Shown here one piece after another: positions 1-13,605 of a DNA stretch of 64,000 nt; positions within the stretch are counted from its first letter, which is position 1, and every line of letters starts with the position of its first letter. Below the pieces are notes generated by a model. The model did no database searches and was not told the DNA's origin. It saw only the letters and a list, made by a program, of their open reading frames with translations. The translations under genes and the position numbers were made by a program. The stretch is from Octopus sinensis (taxonomy: Eukaryota), in assembly GCF_006345805.1 (NCBI RefSeq), contig NC_043000.1:28148001-28212000 (forward strand), read 5' to 3'.

Positions 1-24
1 AATGAAGAATGATCTCATACATAT

Positions 25-138
25 AGTTGCACGTCTACGTCTTTTTAGTTCCAGTAAAGACTTGGATCTGTAATCTTCGAATCAGATTTCTTCTTTCTGA
101 TTTTGAAAAGCCTAATTTCTCAAAATTGGTATTTAGGT
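25..138 (-). mobile_element. Fragment of the REL-LINE ORF C-terminus (same family as 7790-9270)
   Basis: Reverse complement (taccaattttgagaaattaggcttttcaaaatcag...gattacagatccaagtctttactggaact) aligns by eye to 8950-9040. Confidence 0.65.
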
Positions 139-139
139 A

Positions 140-228
140 GTATGTATGTATGTATGTATGTATGTATGTATGTATGTAGTATGTATGTATGTATGTATGT
201 ATGTATGTATGTATGTATGTATGTATGT
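140..228. repeat. (TATG/CATA)n microsatellite
   Basis: Directly visible. Confidence 0.95.
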
Positions 229-430
229 CTCTTCTACTTTTTAATTATTATAAATCTTCCACCGAGGAGGGAACCGGTTTCCAACAAAGATACAAGGCTC
301 CATCTTTGGGGTGTAGTTAACACAGACAAATTCACATTTGGAACTTGAGAAAAGTCTTGCATATTTTTACTATTCCACTTCACAGATTAGCCGATGATTT
401 GTCTTTCTGAAAATCACAGTTTATTCAGAT
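229..430 (-). mobile_element. 3' end/UTR of a REL-LINE abutting (CATA)n
   Basis: Similar to 14185-14400 (ctcttct.cttttaat..t....aagatacaa...tgagaaaa.tcttgc), the 3' end of a REL-domain ORF. Confidence 0.6.
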
Positions 431-736
431 TTTTTCTTTATTGCATGTACGTACTAATGTATGTATGTAGGTACATATGTACATAAATATCTACCTATTT
501 TCAATCTACGGAGAAATAGGTAAATTTCCCTGTTTGTATATGAACGCCATAGGTTATATAAGTTATTACACCACACCATGATATTGTGTAAACTGAAAAC
601 TCCAGGTATTAAATAAAGTGTTCAACACTTAGAGCATGCCAAACTAGTAGCTACAGTTCTCTGTAGTTACCGAATTTCGTGATTATATAAAGACATTGGC
701 TAAATTGTTTCTCTAGCAAATGTCAAATTAATAGAG

Positions 737-784
737 ACACCTCGGATGAGAACACAATAAGGTTCGAAACTCGATTAAAGATGT
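737..784 (+). ncRNA. Degenerate type-I hammerhead ribozyme motif
   Basis: cGgatga-gaac(acaataag)gttc-gaaa-ctcgat-ta, stem I acacct/agatgt; U4>G core mismatch; lies in a ~294-bp unit bounded by cggagaaata..ggtaa repeats at 509 and 803. Confidence 0.5.
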
Positions 785-842
785 TCATCATGTTTTTAAT
801 TGCGGAGAAATACAATAGGTAACATTCGCTCTGTTTAAAGTA

Positions 843-1174
843 AAGACCCCTTTCGGTCATGAATGACCATGGGATTGCACCTAGAAAGTTACCCTCCTAG
901 ACACAAGTCCGGGCAAAGTTGTTTATGGAAGACCAGCAGTCGCCCATGCATACCAGCCTTCCCTCTCCACGCCATCGATGTTATCCAAGGTAAAGTCAAA
1001 GGTCGATACAGCTTGGCACCAGTGACGTCGCAACTCATTTCTACAGCTGAGTGAACTGGAGCAACGTGAAATAAAGTGCTTTGCTCAAGAACACAACACG
1101 CAGCCCGGTCCGGGATTCGAGCTCACAACCTCATGATCGTAAGCTCGACGCTCTAACCACTGAGCCATGCGCCT
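843..1174 (-). mobile_element. tRNA-derived CORE-like SINE
   Basis: Minus head ggcgcatggctcagtggttagagc...gctcgaatccc (A/B boxes), then ttcttgagcaaagcactttatttcacgttgctccagttcactcagctgtagaaatgag (CORE-like). Confidence 0.8.
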
Positions 1175-1207
1175 ATATATATATATATATATATATATAA
1201 CTCCACA

Positions 1208-1612
1208 AGTTGCTTCCCAACCACATGGTTCCGGGTTCAATCTCACTGTGTGGCACTTTAGCCAAGTGTCTACTATACCCTCGGGCCGAACAAAGACTAC
1301 AGAGTGGATTTGGTATACGGAAACTGAAAGAAGCCTGTTGTTTGTTTGTGTATGTGTGTGTATGTGTGTGTGTGTGTGTATGTATGTGTGTGTGTGTGGT
1401 GCGTGTTTTTTTGTCGGTATTTGTCCACCCATCATCGCTTGACAACCGGCGTTAGTGTGTTCACGTTACCGTAACCTAGCAGTTCGGTAAAACGGACCGA
1501 TAGATTAAGTCCAAGGCTTAAAAAAAAACACATGGGTGTCGAGTGTTCGAATAAAACTCATGAAGGCGGTGCTCCAGCATGGACGACATAAAATGACTGT
1601 AACAAGGAGAAA
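1208..1612 (+). mobile_element. SINE family A (tRNA head, internal (TG)n/(TA)n)
   Basis: ccacatggttccgggttca...cggaaactgaaagaagcc-(TG)n-atcgcttgacaacc...ggcggtgctccagcatgg; >12 copies in window. Confidence 0.85.
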
Positions 1613-2001
1613 AAGAAAATAATACATTACAAAACATTGATGGAGACGAAATAAGAATATTAACACATTCCTCTGCCCGTGATGTGCAGAAAAACGAATA
1701 GTAGAAAGTACAGAGTGACAGTTTCATGGCTTGTTGACCACTCTTCAGCGGAGTCGTAGCCGGCTTAATTCTCGGGTCAATGACATAATGCATTCACCTG
1801 TAAAAAGAACACTCATGAAGTAGTGTAGCCCTGTTGTGAATAGACTTATATGCATATTCTTTCTTTTGACTGCCCTTCATTAATTCGAAAGTATATATTG
1901 TACGCACAGTGTATTAAACTGCTGGAGTTTTCAAAGACAGAACAAAGCAAACTAACTCCCGTCTTACAAATCCAATTCGTTAATGATACAATGAGGATGT
2001 A

Positions 2002-2417
2002 AGGCAGCGAGCTGGCAGAACCGTTTGCACGCCGGGCGAAATGCGTAGCGGTATTTCGTCTGCCGTTACGTTCTGAGTTCAAATTCCGCCAAGGTCGACT
2101 TTGCCTTTCATCCTTCCGGGGTCGATAAATTAAGTACCAGTTACGCACTGAGGTCGATGTAATCGACTTAATACCTATGTCTGTCCTTGTTTGTGCCTTC
2201 TATGTTTAGCCCCTTGTGGGTAATAAAGAAATACGTATTTCGTCTGCCATTACGTTCTGAGTTCAAATTCCGCCTAGATCGATTTTGCCTTTCATTCTTT
2301 TTGGGTCGATAAATTAAGTACCAGTTACGCACTGATGTCGATGTAATCGACTTAATCCGTTTGTCTGTCCTTGTTTGTCCCCTCTGTGTGTAGCCCCTTG
2401 TGGGTAATAAAGAAATA
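2002..2417 (+). mobile_element. SINE family B dimer (head + 2 x ~180-bp units) with 17-bp TSD
   Basis: ggcagcgagctggcagaa...gagttcaaattccgcc..ggtcgactttgcctttcatcc; TSD gatacaatgaggatgta at 1985-2001 and 2418-2434; body resembles the MetaSINE central domain (from memory). Confidence 0.9.
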
Positions 2418-3144
2418 GATACAATGAGGATGTATAAAGCTTTCCTCAGACTTTACATTTCAGTTTCCTGCACTCACTAACTCAGTCCTTTTCACATATT
2501 CGCCAATCCCTAAAAGCGTCTCTTTTTTAGCAAAATAATTTTGTCAATTTGTGAGAGGCCGACTCAATTTCTGCGCAAACCATAAATAAATCTCAAGAAA
2601 CAGACCCGCATATATGTGTATATGTGTGTATGTAAGCGTGTGTGTGGGTGGATGCGCAGCGTATATATATTTATACGTGTATAGTTCATATATAGTTTTT
2701 ATGTGCGTTCATATGTCCGTCTGTAATCCGAATTTATGTACAAGCGGTTGGATGGGTAGGCGTGTTTGTGTATGTGTTTGTGTGTGTGCAGATGAATGTG
2801 TATGTACGTTTTGTGTATGCAGGTTCATCTTTGTATCCGTGTGTCTGCGTGTGTAAAATTATTGGTTCAAAATGGAGAGGTTGCGCAAATGATAAAACTT
2901 ATGTTATAAGAAGAGTATGACTACTGAGAGATAAAAAAGACCAAAAAAAAAAAAGAGAGATCAGAGAACTACTGGGAGAAAGTGTAATGAATTAAGCTTG
3001 AGAGCGAGAGAGAAAGAGAAACGGAGGAGGAGGAGAGGGAGAGTATTGGAAGCGAAGTGGTAGGAGAAGACGACGAGATTAAATAGAAAGGTAATCATAT
3101 GCAAAGAGCGACTGAGATGTCGCGACATGAAAAAGGGTGGCCAT

Positions 3145-3552
<408 letters not shown>

Positions 3553-4299
3553 TTTCCTGTTATTCTTTAGAATAAAGTAAGACTGTAAACACGAAATTTT
3601 TATGTATATTTCCATGCATGTGAATGCACTTACGCCTGTGCCAGCATATATACACATGTGTTTGTGTGTGTGTATGTGTGTGTGCGTGTGTGTGTGTGTG
3701 TGTCTTTTTTTGTGTTTGTTTGCGTTTGTGAAGGAATTCGAGTGTGAGTGTGGCACGCGTTTATGAAGGAGACGGAGTAGAATAGGGATCGAGATTGGGG
3801 CGAGGAAGAGTGAACTGAAGCGTCTGTGAACCTAAGAATGGAGAACATAAAGGATTCCTATGAAAGCAGTAATAGTAGGAGGGGAACATATAATGTAAGG
3901 GACATTGTGTAAGGAAAGGATTGACATTTTTGAAAGGGAGAAAGGGGAAAAAAACTGGAGAAACTATAGGATGTGTAATACTGAAAGCGGAATGGTGTAG
4001 GAAACGTGTTGAATTGTAAGGGATACCGAGAGATTATTAAACACACACACACACACACGCACACACATACACACACGCGCACACACACACACACACACAC
4101 ACACCACACACACACACACAGAGAAAGAGTGAGTGTAAAAAGAAAGACAAAGAAGGTTTGGACAACCCTTCATGTGGAAGGAATAGGTTGGTTTGTTATA
4201 TAAGATGCGAGGGTTTGAAAAGAAAACCTAAATGAAGACGGAAGATGAGACGGAAAGAAAGAGGCGAAAAAGAGCAGCAGTAGCGGTAGCAGCAGCAGC

Positions 4300-4336
<37 letters not shown>

Positions 4337-4414
4337 ATTTGCCGTGTCTTGAACTTACATTCCAGCCCCGATTCAGCAGATGATAGCTAATGGCGTTCAA
4401 ATGGTGACGATATA

Positions 4415-4467
<53 letters not shown>

Positions 4468-4610
4468 TAACAATTGAGGATGAAATCTTTAAAAGAAATT
4501 ATCAGTAGTCAGCGTGAAAAACCTCGTAAGAGAAAAAATCCGTAAATTCTTCCTCTTTGAAAATATTTTAATATAAATATTTTAATATAAATGTATATAT
4601 ATATATATAT

Positions 4611-4727
4611 CACCGTGATCACCGTGACCGACCAGGTTATCATATGTTGCTACACATCGCTGGTCACAATGCGCTTCACATTGTTTTAACCTTCAAATGA
4701 CGCCACCTCGCTGGCTAAGCGAGCAGG

Positions 4728-4731
<4 letters not shown>
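4611..4731 (-). mobile_element. 3' tail fragment of SINE family D in a (TA)n tract
   Basis: Matches 51671-51772 (accagg.tatca.atgttgctacacatcgctggtcacaatgc). Confidence 0.7.
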
Positions 4732-4786
<55 letters not shown>

Positions 4787-6737
4787 GCATTATTAAATCT
4801 CAGAATGAGATATCTATAAATTATTTGCGACAGAAGTGGTATTAATACTAAATGGTAAATTTTATCTCCGATTTAACATGGATGAGAGGTTTGGTGCATA
4901 AAAGCACAGTCTCTGAAAATATGTTGATACTCTATAAATCATTGCAGCGAGATTTGTCTGCTACACTGTGACCGGACGCCCCCACTCCACTGTTGGTTTT
5001 CAATAGAATGAAAGTTGTCTCTGATTCAGTAAACCCTCTGGTCAAGGACATGCTATCCATGGCTATCCACACTTTGTAAAGCAAGGACCTCGCCATCTAA
5101 TATATCTTTGTTTATTAATTAAAATGGGATGGAATTGTAAGAAGAAAGATTCGGGTGTCATTTCTAGCTGGTCAATAGGGTTAAGTTAAGGCACGCTAAT
5201 AGATTCATTCTGTTGTTTGCCTCGGAAAAATTTCCTTTAAGTCTCAGTCAAACCTTAGCTATTAACTTTAATTTCAAAGCAAACGATCTTATGAATATAA
5301 TTTTGTAACCGATGTTCAAAATGTTAAGATATACAGAAACAAGAGAAATCTGTCAAAATTGTGTCTAATTTAGGCACCAGACCAAGATTTTCAACTGTGG
5401 GAAGAGCAAGTCCATTATATCGACACAAGTTCTTTGCTGGTATTTGTTTCATGGAAGCCTGAAAAGAATGAAAAGCGAAGTTGGTGCTGGAGTGATTTGA
5501 ACTGCATTTTTTCAATGTTCTAACGATCAGACAGATCGCTGCCCTAAATTACACTGGCTACAAATGGAAAGAGCCCTTTTATGTCTTTTAGTCTCAGGTT
5601 TACAGCTGTGCACATAAAAATATTCCCATCCATTCTCACCAATTTTGTCATAGCTATCCACTAAAGTTTGAATTATATATATATTTTGCCTTCTAAAGTA
5701 ACCCTGGACAACCTGTTGCGACTACACTGGTAGACCAATCAATCTTGCTTGGTGAGGAGGGTGATTGTTGGACACCCTGCGGGACGAAGAATAAGACCAG
5801 TCAAAGGGTGGAAGAACTACTATGTAGTCAACGGCCAATTCTAAAAGTACTTTGTCGCGGTGAAGTGCCTATATGCTCCATTGACTCGGAGAGTTAAGCT
5901 GGAGGGAAAGAAATCTTCAGGCAGGTCTTACCAGACGAAACAGATCGAAGGGTAGCAGACAGACGAAACCTTAACGACAATAAATCATCGAAACGTCGGC
6001 AGCAGGGCGTGGATTTAGTCATCGGTAGGACCTAACAGATCAGATTCCTGGCTGTGAACTAGCAGGAAGTCATGCCGAAGAACTTGAATACAAGACAATG
6101 GATGAGACCCTAATATTCCTAGTTAGATGGAAACTGCAGGACCACATGGAGAAGTGCCCTGTGACTCCTATAGTAAGAGCAACCGAAACCCCTATGAAAG
6201 GGACGTCCCATGGGACAACCTAGATGAGATAGATAACGTACTTCGCAAGTGAAACTGTCACTGATTACTACACGATTCCAGACGCACGATTACCAGTTCT
6301 CTAAATATCTGAACAATGAGAGTTATGAAGGAGTGTCTATAACTTGTGGCAGAACAAATATAAACGGAAAACACGATTTTAAAGGAAGGACTTTTTATGC
6401 CTATTTATTGTCCTTTTTTGTTTTTGATTGTTGTTTTCTCGTTGTTGTTATCAATAAAATGCTTATATACACTCATATACAAGAACACACACATAAAGTT
6501 TCTGTAGAACAAAGAAGATATATAGGTGTGTATGTGTGTGTGTGTATGTGTGCGTGTGTATTTATGTATATATGCATACATAAATATAATAAATTACAAA
6601 TATATTTAATCGCACATATATTTTGACACGCACACACACACATACACATATACTTATATACTAATGTTACAAAAGTAGCGCAAGGATCGACAACTCTCAG
6701 AGCCTTCGAGTCACGTTTGGAATATTTACATACATAC

Positions 6738-6781
<44 letters not shown>

Positions 6782-7220
6782 ATATATACTCACACACATA
6801 TATGCATGCATGAGAGGAGTGTGTAGGGGATCTCTTATCCATTCACTCAGTAGCGCTCAAATCCATTGTATTTTTAAAATATTAACTCGCGAGGTAGCGG
6901 AATGTCAAGTATTGACTAGAAGTTGTGGTGGCCATAACATTTTACATACACAGACACACACGCACATAATACCTATATATATAAAAATATATATACACTT
7001 GCACACACATATAAATGTGTGTATACAAATATATATATACATGCACACGCATGCACACACAGACACTCACTCACATACATATATATATAAACATATATGT
7101 GTGTGTGTCTATGTCACACAAACACAGATAGATCGATAGATAGATATATACATACATACATACATACATACACACAAACATGCATGCATGCATACATACA
7201 TACATACATACATACATACA

Positions 7221-7254
<34 letters not shown>

Positions 7255-7789
7255 CACACATACATGCATGCATGCATACATACATACATACATACATACA
7301 TACATACATACATACACATACATACATACATACATACATACATACATACATACATACATGCATGCATACATATGAGCATTACATTATACATAAACACTTA
7401 AATGAATGTCAATTGAGGATTGTCATAATTGATCACTATCTTCAGAATCACCGATTTGGGAATTTTATACAAAGAGAAAAAAATATAAAGAATGTTTACA
7501 AACGTAAAAGTACTGTAAAAAAGTTATTACCAGGCATATTGCATGGCTGTGTGGTTAAGGAACACTCTTTGCAACCATGCGGTGTCTGGTTCAGTACCAT
7601 TGCGTGGCACGTTAGGCATGTTTCTGCTATATTCACGGGCCGATCAAACCTTGGGAGTGAATTATGTCGACGGAAACTTCCAGGAAGCCTGTCGTAGAGA
7701 CAGAAAGTTGCATAGACATACATCGATACATACATACTTACATACAGACAGAGAGAGTGATATGCATACAAACATACATACATAATACA

Positions 7790-9270
7790 TGTCACTAAAG
7801 AATATTACAGCCGAATAAAGAAAATTTGGACTTCAGAACTCTCTGCGTTCACTAAAACAGTAGCCCATAATATTTGCAGTTCCAGTATTACACCAACATT
7901 TGGGCTGCTTGATTGGACGCTTGATGAGATCCGAGCCATTGATGTGAAAACCCGAAAAATACTAACAAGCACACATAATTTCTACATAAACTGTGATGAA
8001 AACCGCCTCTACCTAAAATGAAATCAAGGCGGCAGAGGCTTAACATCGATTCAAAATGCCTTTGAATATTATATCATATCATATCCTATCGGCGACATCT
8101 TTTAACCACCAAGTGTCGAAGTGCATGCCTTGACCAAGTTTGCATACATGAGGCTGATAACATCATAAGACTTGGAATGCAGCTCCTTGAGCAACACTCT
8201 TTATCTGATAAACTAGAATACATGCCCAGAGAAGACGCACGACTCTACTGCAATGTATATATCTGATGAAAAGATGAGCTTATATGAGCAGAAGGCAATG
8301 CAGGGATATATTAGTAGAAGGCTCCGCAATGATAGTAACATCGATCATCAAAGCAGCTTATCATGGACGAATAGCCGGATTACTATCTCCCATTTTGAAG
8401 GATATGCATTTTCAGTCCAAGAACAGGAAATATCAACCAAGTATTTGATGCAAAAAAGGGATAGAGATGCAGGAAAAGCAGTAAAATGTGACAACCGATG
8501 CAGACTTTGTGGAGTTCACAGCGAAGATATCACCCACATCATAAGCAGTTGTTCGAAAATGTCATCACGATGAAACATGATGTTATAGCTAGGACACTAT
8601 AATGAAATCCATCGGAAAGATAACATCGAGGACAAAGAAATAAAAACCCACAGTATGGTAGAGACAATAGCCACTCATAATAAAAAGGAATACTGTTGGA
8701 AAGAACCAGTGAAAACCTCAATAAAATGTAAGCACAACAGACCTGAAATAATGATTTGGGATAGAGAAAAGAAACTGTGCGCAGTTGTGGAAATTAGCTG
8801 CCCAGCGGATGTTAAAATAAAGCTGAAGGTTAATGAAAAAGAGAATACCTACGCTGAACTATTGAGACATCTGCAGTTACTCTATGAAGATTACAAGTCC
8901 AAGTTTATATCTGTAATTATTGGAGCTCTGAGATATGTAACACAGTGTCTATACACCAATCTTGAGAAATTAGGCTTCTGAAAACTAGAAATGAAAATGC
9001 TCATTCGACGACTACAGATCAAATCCATCACTGGAACTGTAAAAATCTGCAAAACTTTCCAGATGTTTTTCATTTAAATATATACGAGCAAGTCTAGATA
9101 TGCAAGAATATACATGAAAATACATACATAAAACAAAACATACAAATCTGCACATATACATACATACATAAATATATACACACATACAAAAATACCCTGC
9201 CTTGAATCTAGGTTAGAAATTGGTTCTTTTTCCATTGGTAAGGAATCTTGAAATAAAACTGAACAATGAC
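7790..9270 (+). mobile_element. 5'-truncated, decayed R4/Dong-like non-LTR retrotransposon (RT thumb, CCHC knuckle, REL endonuclease)
   Basis: EYYSRIKKIWTSELSA...IDVKTRKILT...RLYLK*NQGGRGL; CRLCGVHSEDITHIISSC; HNRPEIMIWD...VEISCPAD...KENTY; IIGAL; stops and frameshifts; CATA repeats at both ends. Confidence 0.9.
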
Positions 9271-9624
9271 ATACATAACAACAGGCGTCCAGACGTGTGT
9301 GTGTGTATGTGTGTGTGTGTGTGTGCTTATATGTCTTCGTCTGTGTTTGGCAACCCTGCTGCATGACAATGGGTGTTCATTTTTGTTTACGGCCAGTAAA
9401 CTTGTGATTAGATAAATAGAAACTAATAAAACAATTAGCAGACTAGAAACAAATTTAATTACAGGGTGGGAGGAGTCGATTTATTTACCTAAAGCCTTTT
9501 CAGGCAGTGCTCTAGCATGGTCGAGTCCAACAATTGAAACAAATAAAAGATCTCACTTAAGACAAAGCTCCATGATTGTAATGGATTGAAATGTGTGCAT
9601 TCTTCTATTTAAAACATTAAAACC

Positions 9625-9992
9625 GTGGTAAGTAGCTTGCTTACCAACCACATGATTCCGGTGTCAATCCCACTGCGTGGCATCTTGGGCAAGTGTCTTC
9701 AACTATAGCTTCGTGCCGACCAAAGCCTTGTGAGTGGATTTGGTTTACGGAAACTGAAAGAAGCCCGTCGTATATATTTATAAATATATATGTTTGTGTG
9801 ACTGTTTGTCCCCCCCCCAACATCGCTTGACAACCGATGCTGGTGAGTTTACGTCCCCCGTAACTTAGCGTTTCGGCGAAAAAAACCGATAGAATAAATA
9901 CTAGGTTTACAAAGAATAAGTCCTGGGGCCTATTTTCTCGACTAAAGGCGGTGCTCCAGCATGGCCTCAGTGAAATGACCGAAAGAAATAAA
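9625..9992 (+). mobile_element. SINE family A
   Basis: Full family A motif order. Confidence 0.85.
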
Positions 9993-10242
9993 ATAATATA
10001 TAAAGTGAAATTGTTATTAGATTTGTCTCCACCAGAAATTCGAGATTTTCCAGCTTAATAAAACATACAGAAATGTATCATTGATATTTTTAAATCTATG
10101 TCAAAAGAACAAGAAAATAATATTAAATTTAATTTATACATTACTTAAAGACACTGATAACTTTCTGAACACAGTTTACAGAACAGACTCGCTTTTACTG
10201 AAGTTCGTAGTCCTTCTCTATAATAATTACTCTTTTAAAACT

Positions 10243-10630
10243 CTTTTACTCTTTTACTTGTTTCCGTCATTTGACTGCGGCCATGCTGGAGCACCGCCTT
10301 TTAGCCGACCAAATCGACCCCAGGACTTATTCTTTGTAATCCTAGTACTTATTCTATTGTTCTCTTTTGCCGAACCGTTAAGTTACGGGGACGTAAACAC
10401 ACCAGCATCGGTTGTCAAGCGATGTTGGGGGTCAAACACAGACACACAAACATATATATATATACATATATACGACGGGCGTCTTTCAGTTTCCGTCTAC
10501 CAAATCCACTCACAAGGCTTTAGTCGGCCCGAGGCTATAGTAGAAGACACTTGCCGAAGGTGCCACGCAGTAGGACTGAACCCGGGAACAATGTGGTTGG
10601 TAAGCAAGCTACTTACCACACAGCCACTCG
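10243..10630 (-). mobile_element. SINE family A
   Basis: Reverse complement of family A. Confidence 0.85.
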
Positions 10631-10634
10631 TTGA

Positions 10635-11073
10635 AATTTTGGCAAGAGGCTAGCTATTTTGAGGAAAGGGCGCAAGACGATTATATCGACCAGTGTTCAA
10701 CTGGTATTTATTGTATTTATCATGAAAGGATGAAAGTCAAAGAGGATCTTGATTTTATTTGAAAGCAGAACGTAAAGAACCGGAAGAAATGACGCTAAAC
10801 ATTTTGTCCGATGCGCTAACATTTCTGCCAGGTCGCCGCCTTAGCCATCCTTTTAATAATCCCTTCTACTATAGGCACAAGGCCTGAAATTTGGGGGTGG
10901 GGAGTTAGTCGATTACATCGACTGCAGTATTTCACTGGTACTTAATTTATCGACCCTAAAAGGATGAAAGGCAAATTCGATTTCGGCAGAATTTGATCTC
11001 AGAACGTAACGACGGGTGAAATACTGCTAAGCATTTCGTCCAGCGTGCTAACGATTCTGCCAGCTCGCCGCCT
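10635..11073 (-). mobile_element. Two adjacent family B SINEs with the alternative 'aggccttgtgcctatagtag' tail
   Basis: Family B head and body; tccttttaataat flanks the right copy on both sides (TSD-like). Confidence 0.75.
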
Positions 11074-11151
11074 AATCTATCCTTTTAATAATAAACACGA
11101 GTGCTCCACTCTATCTTTTCAAAAAAATTTTTTCGCAAAATAAAAAAAAAA

Positions 11152-11312
11152 TAGGAGTGACTGTGTGATAAGTAGCTTGCTTACGAACCACATGGTTCCG
11201 GGTTCAGTCCCACTGCGTGGCAACTTGGGCAAGCGTCTTCTACTATAGCCTCGGGCCGACCAAAGCATTGTGAGTGGATTTGGTAGACAGAAACTGAAAG
11301 AAGCCCGTCGTG

Positions 11313-11345
<33 letters not shown>

Positions 11346-11560
11346 ATGTGTGTGTGTCAGTGTTTGTCCCCCCAACATCGCTTGACAACCGATGCTGTTG
11401 TGTTTACGTCCCCGTAGCTTAGTGGTTCGGCAAAAGAGCTGGATAGAATAAGTACTAGGCTTACAAAGAATAAGTCCTGGGGTCGATGTGCTCGACTAAA
11501 GGCGGTGCTCCAGCATGGCCACAGTCACATGACTGAAACAAGTAAAAGAGTAAAAGAGAG
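11152..11560 (+). mobile_element. SINE family A, full length
   Basis: aggagtgactgtgtgataagtagc head to (gtaaaaga)n tail. Confidence 0.9.
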
Positions 11561-12508
11561 AGTAATATAACAGTGCTTTTAACGAAGCTTGTTGTGATAT
11601 TTGTTCCACCCGTGTTGCAATGAAAACCTCCACCTTTTCATTCTCACCATCAGAAAAGATATGTGCAAAATCTGAAACATTAACTGACTCGTTGGAAACT
11701 TATAACCAAAAACAACAAAAGCTATTGTTCGAAAAGTCATAATAAATAAATAAATATATAAACAGTCGCTGTAGTTGTTATGAACGTTTCGCTATTACCA
11801 CTTTTATTCAATATAATGCTATAGATAGTAGACATAAATACTAGTATTGTATGTGAATTATGATGTCTCTGGAAAACGTTTACTAAAACATTCCGTGTAG
11901 AGTACAGTTGTTAGCTTCTTCGGTTCTGATGCCTGGAGCATTGTACCATGGTAGGAAATATATTTGTAACAAATCACTCGTCCAAAAATTCGTTGTACAC
12001 CGGAGAGGAAATCGATAGATCGATGTAAATAATAAACAACAATGTTAAAGCAGCCTTCGGCTCTCATCTAGCATGACATAAACGTGACGTTTAAATTTTT
12101 CAAAGAATTTATAACTTATGATGCATACATTCACAAAGAATCCGTTTACAATGAGAATAGATTTATGGAGGATATCAGATGTAATAATTTGTACTAAAGA
12201 AGACTGCTGTATTGTGAGAAGAGGAAATATATAATATTTCGGTCAAGAATATTATATATAGAATACGTTTTTGTACATCTCATTCTTCTTTTGTAGTTAT
12301 TTTTAAATAGAGCTTTGATAGTTACGATGATGAAAGAGTGGTATGGACCGTTTAAAACATGTAAGATAGCAATTGCCTCTGTAGATCGATGGTTCTCGAC
12401 TGGGGTCCATATGACATTTGGGGGTCCTTATAAGATATTCTCGTTTAAAATCGTGCCTTATACAATACAAAAAGTATTTTCTTGTTTGTAATTCTATATT
12501 CTTTTATT

Positions 12509-13088
12509 CTTATTTCTTTATTGCCCACAAGGGGGCTAAACATAAAGGGGACAAACAAAGGGATAAAGTCGATTACATCGACCCCAGTGCAAAACTGGTA
12601 CTTAATTTATCGACCCCGAAAGTATGAAAGGCAAAAACGACCTCGGCGGAATTTGAACTCAGACGAAATACCTATTTCTTTACTACCCACAAGGGGATAA
12701 ACACAGAGGGAAGACACAAGGACAGACAAAGAGATTAAGTCGATAACATCGTACCCAGTGCGTAACTGGTACTTATTTAATAAACCCCGAAAGGATGAAA
12801 AGCAAAAATGACCTCGGCGGAGTTTGAACTCAGAATGTAACAGCAGACGAAATAACTATTTCTTTACTATCCACAAGGGGCTAAACACAGAGAGGACAAA
12901 CAAGGACAGACAAACGGACCAAGTCGATTATATCGACCCCAGTGCGTAACTGGTGCTTAATTTATCGACCCCGAAAGGATAAAAAGCAAAGTCGACCTCG
13001 GCGGAATTTGACTTCAGAAGGAACGACAGACAAAATACGGCTACGCATTTCGCCCAGCGTTCTAACGTTTCTGCCAGCTCGGCGCCTT
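12509..13088 (-). mobile_element. SINE family B trimer
   Basis: Three tandem ~160-190-bp units plus one head. Confidence 0.85.
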
Positions 13089-13096
13089 TGAATATT

Positions 13097-13288
13097 CTTT
13101 TACATGTTTCATTCATTTGACTGTGGCCATGCTGGAGCACCGCCTTAAAGAGAGTTAGTCGAAGAAATCAACTCCAGGACTTATTCTTTGTAAGCCTAGC
13201 ACGTACTCTACCGGTCTCTTTGACCGAACCGCTAATTTATGGGAATATAAACGCACCACCCTCAGTTGTCAAGCGATAGAGGGGCGAC

Positions 13289-13321
<33 letters not shown>

Positions 13322-13545
13322 GCGCGCACACACTCACACAAATATATCTATATTCTTATATTCTTTTAATTGTTTCAGTCATTCGACTGCAGCCATTCGA
13401 CTGCAGCCATGCTGGAGCACTGCTTTATAGTCAGCCTGGTATTTATTCTATCCATCTCCTCTGCCGAACTACTAGGTTAGTCAGTAAACACAACAACATC
13501 GGTTGTCAAGCGATGCTAAGGGAACAAACATAGACACAAACAAAT
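13097..13545 (-). mobile_element. Two 3' halves of SINE family A
   Basis: gccatgctggagcac...gttgtcaagcgat twice. Confidence 0.75.
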
Positions 13546-13555
13546 ATATATATAC

Positions 13556-13605
<50 letters not shown>

